Source of the DNA: an uncultured Planctomycetia bacterium
GTDB lineage: Bacteria; Omnitrophota; Gorgyraeia; Tantalellales; Tantalellaceae
Assembly (NCBI GenBank): GCA_964409365.1
Contig: CAYPCX010000009.1
Coordinates: 10,390 to 74,389 of the forward strand
Reading direction: 5' to 3'
DNA length: 64,000 nt
Shown: in pieces, positions 36,954-46,084 of the stretch
Layout of the letters: each line of letters begins with the position of its first letter
Numbering within the stretch: position 1 is the first letter of the stretch
Translations under genes and position numbers: made by a program
Notes under the pieces: model-generated
Seen by the model: the letters and a program-made list of their open reading frames with translations, nothing else
Told to the model about the DNA's origin: nothing
Database searches by the model: none

Positions 36954-37553
36954 ATGAGATTCAGCAACGAAATGAAGGCAGGCATAGTTGTTATCGTGGC
37001 CATAGTCCTGAGTATCTTTTTCTTCCTGAGGACCAGCGATTTCAAGGCCACTAAATACGAGCTGAAGACGTATTTCGTGTACGCCGGCGACCTTAAATCC
37101 GACGCTACCGTGAAGCTCTCCGGCATAGAGGTGGGCCGGGTGAAGAAGATGAAGTTCATTTACAAACCTGAGACCAAAGTGGAGTGTCTCCTGGAGATAG
37201 ACGGCAATGCTAAGGTCCGGACCGATTCCATCGCATATATCGGCACAGCCGGTATCGTGGGCGACGCCTTTGTCGGTATCACGCCGGGCAAGGCCGAGGA
37301 GTTCATGAAAAAGGGCGGCACCCTGGCCAGCGAAGACCCGATCCAGATGCGTCTCTTGTGGAAGAAAGCCGACGAGATCGCCACCAACCTGGACAGCATC
37401 ATCGCGGACGTCAAAGACGTCGTCGCGGAGAACAAAGAGAACATGAGCAACATAATAGTCAACCTCGAGGACACCACCGAGAACTTCAAGGAATTCAGCG
37501 AAGACGTGAAGAAAAACCCGTGGAAACTTCTCTTCAAGGGAGAAGAGAAGTAG
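36954..37553 (+). CDS. mlaD: MCE-domain protein MlaD
   Basis: N-terminal TM plus MCE domain. AAGGAG RBS. Confidence 0.8.
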   Translation: MRFSNEMKAGIVVIVAIVLSIFFFLRTSDFKATKYELKTYFVYAGDLKSDATVKLSGIEVGRVKKMKFIYKPETKVECLLEIDGNAKVRTDSIAYIGTAGIVGDAFVGITPGKAEEFMKKGGTLASEDPIQMRLLWKKADEIATNLDSIIADVKDVVAENKENMSNIIVNLEDTTENFKEFSEDVKKNPWKLLFKGEEK

Positions 37554-37585
37554 TTCAGGTGTCAGGTCTCAGGAGAGCCGGGACG

Positions 37586-38389
37586 ATGAGGAAAGTTTTA
37601 GTATTTGCCGGTTGTTTGTTTTTTTTGTTTAGCACAGTTAGTTCGGTTTTCGGCGTGGGTGAGACGGTACTGGTCATATCCTACGCGGGAGACGTAAAAA
37701 TAATACCCGCCGGCGCCGCAAAGGCGATACCCTGCCAGCCCGGAATGGTACTGAGGGAAGGTACCAGGATAATCACGGGGGAAGAATCCTACATAGAGAT
37801 CGTTTTCGACCGGTCCAGGCAAAACCTGGTGAAGATAAAGGCTAATACCGAGGTTGTTATCAAACTGGATGATGCCGGCAGGATCGATCTGATCGACGGT
37901 GAGGTCTACACGCTCCTCAGGGATATCAAAGAAGGACAGACCTTCCGCGTGCGCACGCCCGGGGCCGTTTGCGGTGCCCGCGGGACCGGCTGGTACACCG
38001 GGGTCAAGGGCAAGATCACTGATATTGTCTCGTTTCAGGACAACGTTTTTGTCTACGGTGTAAATAAAGACGGTTCCGTGAAGGAAGAGATCTTCTGGAT
38101 AAAAGAGGGGTATGAAAGAAAAGTGAAGAAGTTCGGACGCCCCGGTGATATGATCAGGGTCTCCGAAGAACGGCTGGCCAGGATGAGACGAGAGGTCGGA
38201 CTGGGCAGCGGCAAGACCCTCAGGGACGTGAACAACATAGAAAAAAGCACCAATGTCCGGGAATCACAGATAAGCAGCATCATCGAAAAAAGGAACGAGG
38301 AACGTCTGGACAATCTGCGGAGCAAGCGGGATAAATCCGATACCAGAGGAGGCCGCGTCGGCGGCAGGAAGCTGGTAAAAGGCCCTTAA
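37586..38389 (+). CDS. Secreted FecR-domain protein (paralog 1)
   Basis: Signal peptide. GDVKIIP...GMVLREGTRIITGEESYIEIVFDRS...NTEVVI pattern and V(R/K)TPxAxCGxRGTxW motif, compared with the FecR consensus VxTPxAxAGVRGTxF. Confidence 0.6.
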   Translation: MRKVLVFAGCLFFLFSTVSSVFGVGETVLVISYAGDVKIIPAGAAKAIPCQPGMVLREGTRIITGEESYIEIVFDRSRQNLVKIKANTEVVIKLDDAGRIDLIDGEVYTLLRDIKEGQTFRVRTPGAVCGARGTGWYTGVKGKITDIVSFQDNVFVYGVNKDGSVKEEIFWIKEGYERKVKKFGRPGDMIRVSEERLARMRREVGLGSGKTLRDVNNIEKSTNVRESQISSIIEKRNEERLDNLRSKRDKSDTRGGRVGGRKLVKGP

Positions 38390-38478
38390 AGCCCTACCTT
38401 GTTTTTAAACCAATCCTGTTATATACTTAAACTGCTCGAAATATGCGAAAAGGTCTGTCTAAACAAGGAGAGCATATT

Positions 38479-39333
38479 ATGAGAAAATTTTTATTATTAC
38501 TGCTCATATTTTGTCTTGCTGTATCACCGGTCTTGTATGCCGCCCAGGAGACCGTGAGTGTCGTCTCTTTCGAGGGTGATGTAAAGGTCCTGGCGCCGGG
38601 TGAAAAGGAAGCGGTCTCTCCCAAAAAGGACATGGTCCTCGAAAAAGGCACGAAGATAACCACGGGTAAAGGCGGCTATCTTGAGATGACTTTTGATGAG
38701 TCGGGGGATAACATCCTGAAAGTGGAAGAGGAGACCGAGGTTGTCATCAAGATAGACGGGGTCGACAAAGTGGAGCTTGTCAACGGCGAGCTCTTTGCCC
38801 TGATACAGAACCTCGGCGAGGGTGAGGAGTTTCGCGTGAAGACACCGTGCGCGACCTGCGGCGCTCGCGGTACCGCCTGGAAGACCATGACCGACGGCCA
38901 GACGACGGACGTCTCGGTCGTTGACGATAAGGTGTTTGTCCGCGGATTTAACAAGGACGGCACTGTATCCGATAAGGTGTTCTGGGTGAACAAGGGATAC
39001 CGGAGGTCGATCAAGAAATTCCGTGCCCCCGGCGAAATGAAAAAGATCCCCACCGCCAGGTTCGCCAGGATGAAGAGGGAAATGAAGCCGCTCTCTTCCC
39101 GGTTGAACAAGGTGATCGACAAAAGGATCTCGGCGAGCGGATTAGATAAGCCCAGGATCGAAAGAGTGGTCGACCGGCAGGAGGCCATGGATAAAAGGAC
39201 CCGGACCATAGATATCCGTGAAGACCTGCGCGAGAAATCCCTGGACCAGCAAAGAGAAAAGAAAGACGAACCGATCCTCAGGAAGAGAAGGAGGAGACCG
39301 CCGCCGCCGAGTGGTGGTACCGGAAGTCCATAA
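38479..39333 (+). CDS. Secreted FecR-domain protein (paralog 2) with Lys/Arg/Pro-rich tail
   Basis: Same architecture and VKTPCATCGARGTAW motif. AAGGAG RBS. Confidence 0.6.
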   Translation: MRKFLLLLLIFCLAVSPVLYAAQETVSVVSFEGDVKVLAPGEKEAVSPKKDMVLEKGTKITTGKGGYLEMTFDESGDNILKVEEETEVVIKIDGVDKVELVNGELFALIQNLGEGEEFRVKTPCATCGARGTAWKTMTDGQTTDVSVVDDKVFVRGFNKDGTVSDKVFWVNKGYRRSIKKFRAPGEMKKIPTARFARMKREMKPLSSRLNKVIDKRISASGLDKPRIERVVDRQEAMDKRTRTIDIREDLREKSLDQQREKKDEPILRKRRRRPPPPSGGTGSP

Positions 39334-39351
39334 ACGAAGGGGACAGGATAG

Positions 39352-40404
39352 TTGAATAAAAGGGCAATAATATCGTTGATAACGGCGCTGGTATTTTCTG
39401 CCGGTCTTTTTTCTTTCTGTCCTTATGTTTCTGCCGTAGACGAAGTGATTACCGATCTTTTTCCGGGCGCGGCCCCGCCCCCGACCGTCAAAGAAAGGAA
39501 GATTGAAGAGGAAGAAGCCGCTCCGACCTACCGTGACCGCACGCAAATAAGCGCTTTTATAGATATCCAGCAGGGCTATGATAACAACGTGGACCTCGAC
39601 CCACGCCGCCACAAGGATGGGTTCCTTCAGACAACCGCTAACGTGGAGGTCACATACGACCAGACCGATACGTTCAAGTTCGTGGCCGGTTCTGACCTTT
39701 TTAATATAACGTACTATAAATACAATATCGATAACATCCTGGACATAACTCCTTACGTAGGGTTCGACTGGGAGATCCTTCCCGGATTTGTTTCAAAGAA
39801 CCGCGTCACTTATGATTATTTCTCGTTCCCCAATGAGAAAGAAGACACTTTTTCAGGCCTAGTCCTTTCGACCTACTTGCGTCATTTTGTCACGGCGGAT
39901 TTTTACCAGGAGGCGGGTTTCGAGTACCTGAGGCGGTGGTATCCCGACCAGAAAGTGACGATGACCAACCTGGAGATAGGCAATGCGGAGCGCGAGGACA
40001 CGCGTTACAGGTACAAGTACAATCTTGGATACTTCACGAAGATGTTCTTCATCCGTCTGGAGAACGGGTTCATTTTTAACGATTCTACCGAGGTCTACCA
40101 GGACTATTATGATTACTGGAACTACAGGGTGAAGCCGGCAGTGATGGTGTTTTTTACCGATAAGTTGTATGCCGACGTTAGTCTTGTTTACAGGCACTTT
40201 ATCTATAAAGACCGTCGCAGTACCGAAGACATCAATGACGTTACCCGCAACAACCTTTTCATATTCAACTCAACGATCTATTTCGATATAACTAAGAACA
40301 TGACCCTGGAGTTCACTTATACCTATACCGAGAATGTTTCCAATGATCCTTTTGAAAAATATTCCGGCAGCATGATCAGCGGAGGCGTTTACTACAGTTT
40401 CTGA
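39352..40404 (+). CDS. Putative outer-membrane beta-barrel protein
   Basis: Signal peptide, alternating aromatic/hydrophilic beta-strand pattern, C-terminal VYYSF. TTG start per the ORF track. Confidence 0.5.
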   Translation: MNKRAIISLITALVFSAGLFSFCPYVSAVDEVITDLFPGAAPPPTVKERKIEEEEAAPTYRDRTQISAFIDIQQGYDNNVDLDPRRHKDGFLQTTANVEVTYDQTDTFKFVAGSDLFNITYYKYNIDNILDITPYVGFDWEILPGFVSKNRVTYDYFSFPNEKEDTFSGLVLSTYLRHFVTADFYQEAGFEYLRRWYPDQKVTMTNLEIGNAEREDTRYRYKYNLGYFTKMFFIRLENGFIFNDSTEVYQDYYDYWNYRVKPAVMVFFTDKLYADVSLVYRHFIYKDRRSTEDINDVTRNNLFIFNSTIYFDITKNMTLEFTYTYTENVSNDPFEKYSGSMISGGVYYSF

Positions 40405-42317
40405 TGAAGAAATTCGACCGGACCAAACTTGCTTATATCTGTCTTGCCGTTTTCATGGCGGGGCTTTTCCTCTTTTTTTCCTGGGCCAGGGTGTTCGACG
40501 AGTTCGAGTACAGCACGCTGGACTTCAGGTACAGGTTAAGGCCTCCCCAGAAGGTCGACTCGGATATCGTGATAGTGGAGATCGGCGACGATTCCATCGA
40601 AAAACTGGGCAAATGGCCTTTCCCCCGTAATTACCACGCGCTTGTCGTGAATGCCCTCAAATCATCGAACGTAAAGACGATCGTTTTTGATGTTTTCTTC
40701 AGCGAGGAAAAAGAAGGGGACGAGGAGTTCGCCGAGGCCATAAAAGACGCGGGCAATGTGTACCTGCCTTATGTTTTCGAGCTTAACCGCGACCCTCCCG
40801 ACAGGACGCGCGTGTACGCCACCGGTTACGCGGCGGAACTGTTAGATATTTTTAAAAAGGTCGCCAGAGGCATAGGGTTCATAAATGTGGAACCTGACAT
40901 TGACGGGAAGATACGCAGGGTGCCTCCCTTTATCGAGTACAAGAACGTCCTGTATCCGCATATTACGGTGCTTGTGGCGCTGAACAATTTGGGTTACAGG
41001 TTCGACGAGGTTAAGATAATACCCGGCAAAAGGATGATGATCGGCGAAGACCTGGTCATACCCCTGGACAGCGACTCTTCCATGCTGGTGGATTATCCGG
41101 CGGTCTGGGGCAAGGCATTCCGCCATTATTCATACGTGGATATCATCCAGTCGTATCTCGCGGACGTAACGGGACAAAAACCTATACTGGACCTGAACGA
41201 GCTCGGCGGGACCATATGTTTCATAGGTCTTACCGCGACGGCGGCTCCCGACGCCCATCCGTCGCCGATGGAGCCTCTATACCCGGGTATTGGGGTACAT
41301 ACGAGCATTTACAACAGTATAATGAGCAATATCTTTCTCAGAAGGCTTAACAGGTGGTGGAACCTCCTGATACTTATTGTGCTCTGGTTCCTTACCGGAT
41401 ACCTTACCTCAAAGAGCCGGAAGCGTTTCGCTATTCTCTCCATGATCCTTTTAACGGTCCTCTTTATCATGGTGGCCATTTTTATGTTCTGGCCGCTCGG
41501 AATATGGATCGACCTTTTTTATCCGATCATATCGTGTTTGGGAGTCTACATAATTTTTACGTTCAAAAAATACATAACGGAGACACAGAAAAGGGAGATC
41601 ATCGAGAAAGAGCTGAACATCGCCAGGGAGATACAGGAGAGTTTTCTGCCCAAAGAGATCCCGCAGGTCGGGGGGCTCGAGGTGAGCGTAAAGATGCTGA
41701 CAGCCAGGCAGGTTGGCGGGGACCTTTATGATATAGAGCAGCTTGACGACAACAAGCTCGGGATCATGATCGGGGACGTCTCCGGTAAGGGGGTTCCGGC
41801 CGCCCTTTACATGTCAAGGGTGGTCAGTGTTTTCAAGACTTACATGAGGGAAGGAACGGCTTCGGAAGTCGTTAAGAACATTAATAACCGTTTAGTCGCG
41901 GAAGCGGCCAGTAACCTTTTCGTGACACTTGCCTATATGGTGTTCGATACGGAGAAAAAGATAGCCGATTTCGCGATGGGCGGGCACCTGCCGACGATTG
42001 TCATGGAACCGGACGGCAATATAGAGCTTCTTGACGTTTCGGAGGGGATGCCGCTGGGGCTTATAGAAGGGGATTTCTCGCCGGGAAGAAAAGAGTATAA
42101 ACCGGGAAGCATTTTCGTGTTCTATACTGACGGCGTGACGGAGGCTATGAACATAAAGGAAGAGATGTTCGGCCAGGATCGCCTGGTGAAGCTGGTAAAA
42201 GGCCTCAGGGGCCGGTCTACACAGGAGATAGTGGATTCCATACACAAGGTCATCGGGGCATTCGAGGGAAAAGGCAATCAGCATGACGATATCACGGTGA
42301 TGGCGATAAAGACGTAG
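40404..42317 (+). CDS. CHASE2 extracytoplasmic sensor domain - multi-TM - PP2C (SpoIIE-type) serine phosphatase
   Basis: N-terminal TM plus periplasmic CHASE2-like domain, 3-4 TM helices, C-terminal PP2C (IGDVSGKGVPAALYM, FYTDGVTE). Start overlaps the OMP stop (ATGA). Confidence 0.75.
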   Translation: MKKFDRTKLAYICLAVFMAGLFLFFSWARVFDEFEYSTLDFRYRLRPPQKVDSDIVIVEIGDDSIEKLGKWPFPRNYHALVVNALKSSNVKTIVFDVFFSEEKEGDEEFAEAIKDAGNVYLPYVFELNRDPPDRTRVYATGYAAELLDIFKKVARGIGFINVEPDIDGKIRRVPPFIEYKNVLYPHITVLVALNNLGYRFDEVKIIPGKRMMIGEDLVIPLDSDSSMLVDYPAVWGKAFRHYSYVDIIQSYLADVTGQKPILDLNELGGTICFIGLTATAAPDAHPSPMEPLYPGIGVHTSIYNSIMSNIFLRRLNRWWNLLILIVLWFLTGYLTSKSRKRFAILSMILLTVLFIMVAIFMFWPLGIWIDLFYPIISCLGVYIIFTFKKYITETQKREIIEKELNIAREIQESFLPKEIPQVGGLEVSVKMLTARQVGGDLYDIEQLDDNKLGIMIGDVSGKGVPAALYMSRVVSVFKTYMREGTASEVVKNINNRLVAEAASNLFVTLAYMVFDTEKKIADFAMGGHLPTIVMEPDGNIELLDVSEGMPLGLIEGDFSPGRKEYKPGSIFVFYTDGVTEAMNIKEEMFGQDRLVKLVKGLRGRSTQEIVDSIHKVIGAFEGKGNQHDDITVMAIKT

Positions 42318-42356
42318 TATCGAGTATCGAGTATCGAGTATGGAGTATCGAGTATT
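42317..42356. repeat. Heptamer array GTATCGA x5 immediately after the CHASE2-PP2C stop
   Basis: GTATCGAGTATCGAGTATCGAGTATGGAGTATCGAGTAT. Same AGTATCG unit as at 26660. Confidence 0.7.
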
Positions 42357-42370
42357 AAGAAGGGGGACGG

Positions 42371-44005
42371 ATGGGTTTGGAGTTGAAAAAACTGGAGGGA
42401 TTCACGCCGAGGAAGGGACCGCTCCTTCTGATAATAATGGACGGCATGGGCATAGGTAAGCAGGACGAGACGAACGCGTTGTACGTGGCCAGGACCCCGT
42501 GTCTTGACAAGCTGTTCAAGAGTGAACTCTTCACCACGTTGAGAGCACACGGCACCGCGGTGGGGCTGCCGAGCGATGATGATATGGGCAACAGTGAGGT
42601 GGGGCATAACGCCTTGGGCGCGGGCCGTGTTTTCGCGCAAGGGGCCAAGAGGGTTAACAGCGCTATAGAGGACGGTTCCGTCTTCAAGACCGAGATCTGG
42701 CAGCGACTTGTCGCAAGGGCCGGGGGAGCGAGCGCGACGTTCCACTTCATAGGCCTTCTTTCGGACGGGAACGTCCATTCACATATCGACCAGCTTTACG
42801 CGATGATCATGAAGTTGGCGGAAGAAGGGGTGCGTAATGTCTGCGTGCATGCGCTGCTCGACGGCCGTGACGTGCCCGCAAAATCCGCCCTTATTTACAT
42901 AGACAAGACCGAGGAAGTCCTCTCCCGTATACGTTCAAAGGACGGGTTCGATTACAGGATAGCCTCCGGCGGCGGCCGCATGGTCACGACAATGGACCGT
43001 TATAACGCCGACTGGAACGTGGTAAAGAGGGGGTGGGAGGCGCATGTTCTCGGTAAAGGGCGCCAGTTCCCGTCCGCCAGGGAAGCCGTGCAGACATATT
43101 ACATAGAGGACCCAGAGATCACGGACCAGTACATGGACCCGTTCGTCATCGCGGAGGACGGTAAGCCCGTAGGGCGCATAGAGAACGGGGATCCGGTGGT
43201 TTTTTTCAATTTCAGGGGAGATCGCGCCATAGAGATCTCCCGCGCTTTTGAAGAAAAAGATTTCAACGAGTTCGACCGTGAATTCGTCCCGGATGTCCTT
43301 TACGCGGGCATGATGGAATACGACGGTGACCTCCATATCCCGAAGCATTTTCTCGTGAACCCTCCGGAGATAGACAGGACGATCTCGGAGTATCTTTGTT
43401 CCGCGCACGTAAGGATGTTCGCGATCTCGGAGACGCAGAAGTTCGGGCACGTGACATATTTCTGGAACGGGAATAAGTCGGGTTACGTATGCAAAGGACT
43501 GGAAAGATATATAGAGATCCCGTCGGATAAGATACAGTTCGATAAAGCCCCCGCTATGAAGGCCCCTGAGATAACCGAGGAGACTATCGGGCTTTTTAAG
43601 GGAGGGGATTTCAGGTTCGGCCGGCTCAATTTCGCCAACGGCGACATGGTCGGGCATACGGCGGTGGCCGACGCTATAATAAAAGGCGTGGAAACCGTCG
43701 ATTCGTGCGTCCGGCGCCTCCTTGAGGTAGTTAAGGAGCTGGACGGTATAGCCATAGTAACGGCCGATCACGGGAATTCCGACGAGATGTTCACCGTCAA
43801 GGACGGTAAGAAGGTGCCGAAGACCGCTCACACGCTCAACCCGGTGCCTTTTATCATATTCGACCCGCAGTACAAAGGCGAGTACAAGATGGCGTCTCTT
43901 TCCGACAGGGGGCTTTCGAACGTCGCCGGGACTATCCTGAACCTTCTGGGGTTCGAGAACGTCGCGGATTACGACCCTTCGCTCATAACTTTCACGCAGG
44001 GATGA
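42371..44005 (+). CDS. gpmI: 2,3-bisphosphoglycerate-independent phosphoglycerate mutase
   Basis: Full-length iPGM (LLIIMDGMG, SDGNVHSH, metal-binding residues). Confidence 0.9.
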   Translation: MGLELKKLEGFTPRKGPLLLIIMDGMGIGKQDETNALYVARTPCLDKLFKSELFTTLRAHGTAVGLPSDDDMGNSEVGHNALGAGRVFAQGAKRVNSAIEDGSVFKTEIWQRLVARAGGASATFHFIGLLSDGNVHSHIDQLYAMIMKLAEEGVRNVCVHALLDGRDVPAKSALIYIDKTEEVLSRIRSKDGFDYRIASGGGRMVTTMDRYNADWNVVKRGWEAHVLGKGRQFPSAREAVQTYYIEDPEITDQYMDPFVIAEDGKPVGRIENGDPVVFFNFRGDRAIEISRAFEEKDFNEFDREFVPDVLYAGMMEYDGDLHIPKHFLVNPPEIDRTISEYLCSAHVRMFAISETQKFGHVTYFWNGNKSGYVCKGLERYIEIPSDKIQFDKAPAMKAPEITEETIGLFKGGDFRFGRLNFANGDMVGHTAVADAIIKGVETVDSCVRRLLEVVKELDGIAIVTADHGNSDEMFTVKDGKKVPKTAHTLNPVPFIIFDPQYKGEYKMASLSDRGLSNVAGTILNLLGFENVADYDPSLITFTQG

Positions 44006-44031
44006 AAAGGGGCCACATTACCTCATTTCAC

Positions 44032-44060
44032 TTGACTACGGGCGGTTCGGATAATACAAT
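44032..44060 (+). promoter_or_regulatory. sigma70-like promoter TTGACT-17-TACAAT for tRNA-Leu
   Basis: Hexamers read directly, about 25 nt upstream of the tRNA 5' end. Confidence 0.55.
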
Positions 44061-44084
44061 TAACATTCTAAAATATTTTTGTGT

Positions 44085-44171
44085 GCCGGAGTGGTGAAAC
44101 TGGCAGACGCGCCGGACTCAAAATCCGGTGGGGGCAACCCCATGTGGGTTCGATTCCCACCTCCGGCACCA
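44085..44171 (+). tRNA. tRNA-Leu (anticodon CAA), class II with long variable arm, CCA encoded
   Basis: Acceptor stem GCCGGAG/CTCCGGC. Anticodon loop CT-CAA-AA. Long extra arm. TPsiC GGTTCGATTCC. Confidence 0.85.
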
Positions 44172-44191
44172 TGTAAAGGAAGAAGGTACAG

Positions 44192-46081
44192 ATGAAACAG
44201 ACCCTTTTACCCCCGCACGGCGGGTGCGGCCTTATTGACAGGTTCATCCCGGAAGTAGAGAGAAAATACCTTTTTTCGAAAGCCCAGGACCTGAAAAGCT
44301 ACACCATTTCTGACAGTGATCTGGCGGCTTTTTACAGGATCGCCGACGGCGGGTTGTCTCCCCTGGAAGGTCCCATGGGCGAAGAGGAATTCCACAGGGT
44401 ACTTGACGAAGAGAACATCGAGAGGAGCGGCAAGAAATACGCGTGGGCGATCCCCATAGTTTTCCCGGTATCGAAAAGAGATAAAGAGAAACTCGGGGCA
44501 GGCGAGACCGTTCTCATCAAGAACGAGTTCGGGTTCATAATAGGCACGCTCGAGGTATCGGATATCTATCCGTTCGACAAGGATAAGTATAACAGATCCG
44601 TTTACGGCACCGACAGGAGGGACCATCCGGGCCCCCGCATAGTGAACAACGATCCCCGGGACTATCTTCTCGGGGGGAAGATATGGGCGCTTCCGCCGCT
44701 CAATTATCCCCCTTACGGTAAATATATGCTTTCACCGGAAGAGTCAAGGGAGCTGTTCAAAGCGCGCAAGTGGGAAAGGATCGTCGCTTTTCAGACCAGG
44801 AACGCCCTGCACCGCGCGCATGAATACGCGATGGTGTACGGGCTGGAGACACTTACCGGAGAGGGGTATTTTACCGGCGCCGTCCTGAACCCTCTGGTAG
44901 GGACGACCAAATCGGACGACGTTCCCGCCGAGATACGGATGAAGACCTATGAAGCCCTTCTGGACAATAAGCTTTTGGGAAAAGGGGATATCGACACCGG
45001 TCTCTGGAAGAAAAAAGGATACGATATTTATGACCACCTGGTCCTTATAGGCCTTGATATCAAGATGTACTACGCCGGCCCCAAAGAAGCCGTCATGCAT
45101 GCCATATACAGGCAGAACTTCGGGTTCACGGACCTCATAATCGGCAGGAAGCATGCCGACGCGCCTTTTGACGACGGCACTCCCGCGTGGGGCGATTTCG
45201 ACGCCCAGGAGAAGTTCGAGAACCTGAGCGGCGAACTTCTCATCAAGCCGGTCAAGGTGGGGTTCGCTTCCTTCTTCGAGGAGATAGGCAGGGTCGGCCT
45301 TATAGACGAATTCGGCAAAAAAGGATATAAGCCTGTCAGTATTTCAGGCAAGGAGCTCAGGAAGAAACTCCAGGAGAGCCAGCCCGTCGATGAGCGCATA
45401 ATGCGTAAACCGGTCGTTAATATCCTTGAGGAATATTACAAGATCAAGAAAGAGCAGGAGCTCAGCGTAAAGAGCACCAATATCACCTGGCACGAGATGG
45501 GCATCACAAAACCGTACAGGGAGAAAAAGAACGGGCACAAAGGCGCGATCATATGGATCACGGGGCTTCCCAGCTCCGGGAAATCCACGATAGCCGTCGA
45601 GCTTCAGGCGCTCCTTTTCGAGGAAGGCTGCAACGTCTATGTGCTTGACGGCGATAATGTGAGGCACGGCCTGAACAAGAACCTGGGCTTTTCTCCCGAG
45701 GACAGGGAAGAGAACATAAGGCGCGTGGGTGAAGTAGCCAAGCTCTTCGCGGACGCCGGTTTCTTCGTTATAACTTCGTTCATCTCGCCGTACAAAAAAG
45801 ACAGAGACAATGTCCGCAACTCCATGGCGAAGGGGGATTTTGTCGAAGTGTACGTGAAGGCCGATATATCCACATGTGAAAAAAGGGATGTCAAGGGCTT
45901 GTATGGTAAAGCGAAGAGGGGCGAGATCAAGGATTTCACGGGGGTCTCAGCGCCGTACGAGGAACCCGAGGCCCCGGAGGTTGTCCTGGATACGGACAAA
46001 TACAGTAAAGAGGAATGCGGCCAGATCGCCTTCAATTATCTCAAGGACAAGAAGTATATTTTCAAGGAGATCCCCGTTTAA
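44192..46081 (+). CDS. sat/cysC: Bifunctional sulfate adenylyltransferase (ATP sulfurylase) / adenylylsulfate (APS) kinase
   Basis: ATP-sulfurylase QTRNALHRAHE motif in the N-terminal part. C-terminal APS kinase P-loop ITGLPSSGKSTIA. Confidence 0.85.
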   Translation: MKQTLLPPHGGCGLIDRFIPEVERKYLFSKAQDLKSYTISDSDLAAFYRIADGGLSPLEGPMGEEEFHRVLDEENIERSGKKYAWAIPIVFPVSKRDKEKLGAGETVLIKNEFGFIIGTLEVSDIYPFDKDKYNRSVYGTDRRDHPGPRIVNNDPRDYLLGGKIWALPPLNYPPYGKYMLSPEESRELFKARKWERIVAFQTRNALHRAHEYAMVYGLETLTGEGYFTGAVLNPLVGTTKSDDVPAEIRMKTYEALLDNKLLGKGDIDTGLWKKKGYDIYDHLVLIGLDIKMYYAGPKEAVMHAIYRQNFGFTDLIIGRKHADAPFDDGTPAWGDFDAQEKFENLSGELLIKPVKVGFASFFEEIGRVGLIDEFGKKGYKPVSISGKELRKKLQESQPVDERIMRKPVVNILEEYYKIKKEQELSVKSTNITWHEMGITKPYREKKNGHKGAIIWITGLPSSGKSTIAVELQALLFEEGCNVYVLDGDNVRHGLNKNLGFSPEDREENIRRVGEVAKLFADAGFFVITSFISPYKKDRDNVRNSMAKGDFVEVYVKADISTCEKRDVKGLYGKAKRGEIKDFTGVSAPYEEPEAPEVVLDTDKYSKEECGQIAFNYLKDKKYIFKEIPV

Positions 46082-46084
46082 AAA

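Noticed and set aside
37358-37585. Upstream extension of FecR paralog 1 overlapping the mlaD 3' end in another frame.
   Set aside because: Arg/His/Gln-rich nonsense translation. A signal-peptide-bearing ATG at 37586 with an upstream GGAG is the credible start.
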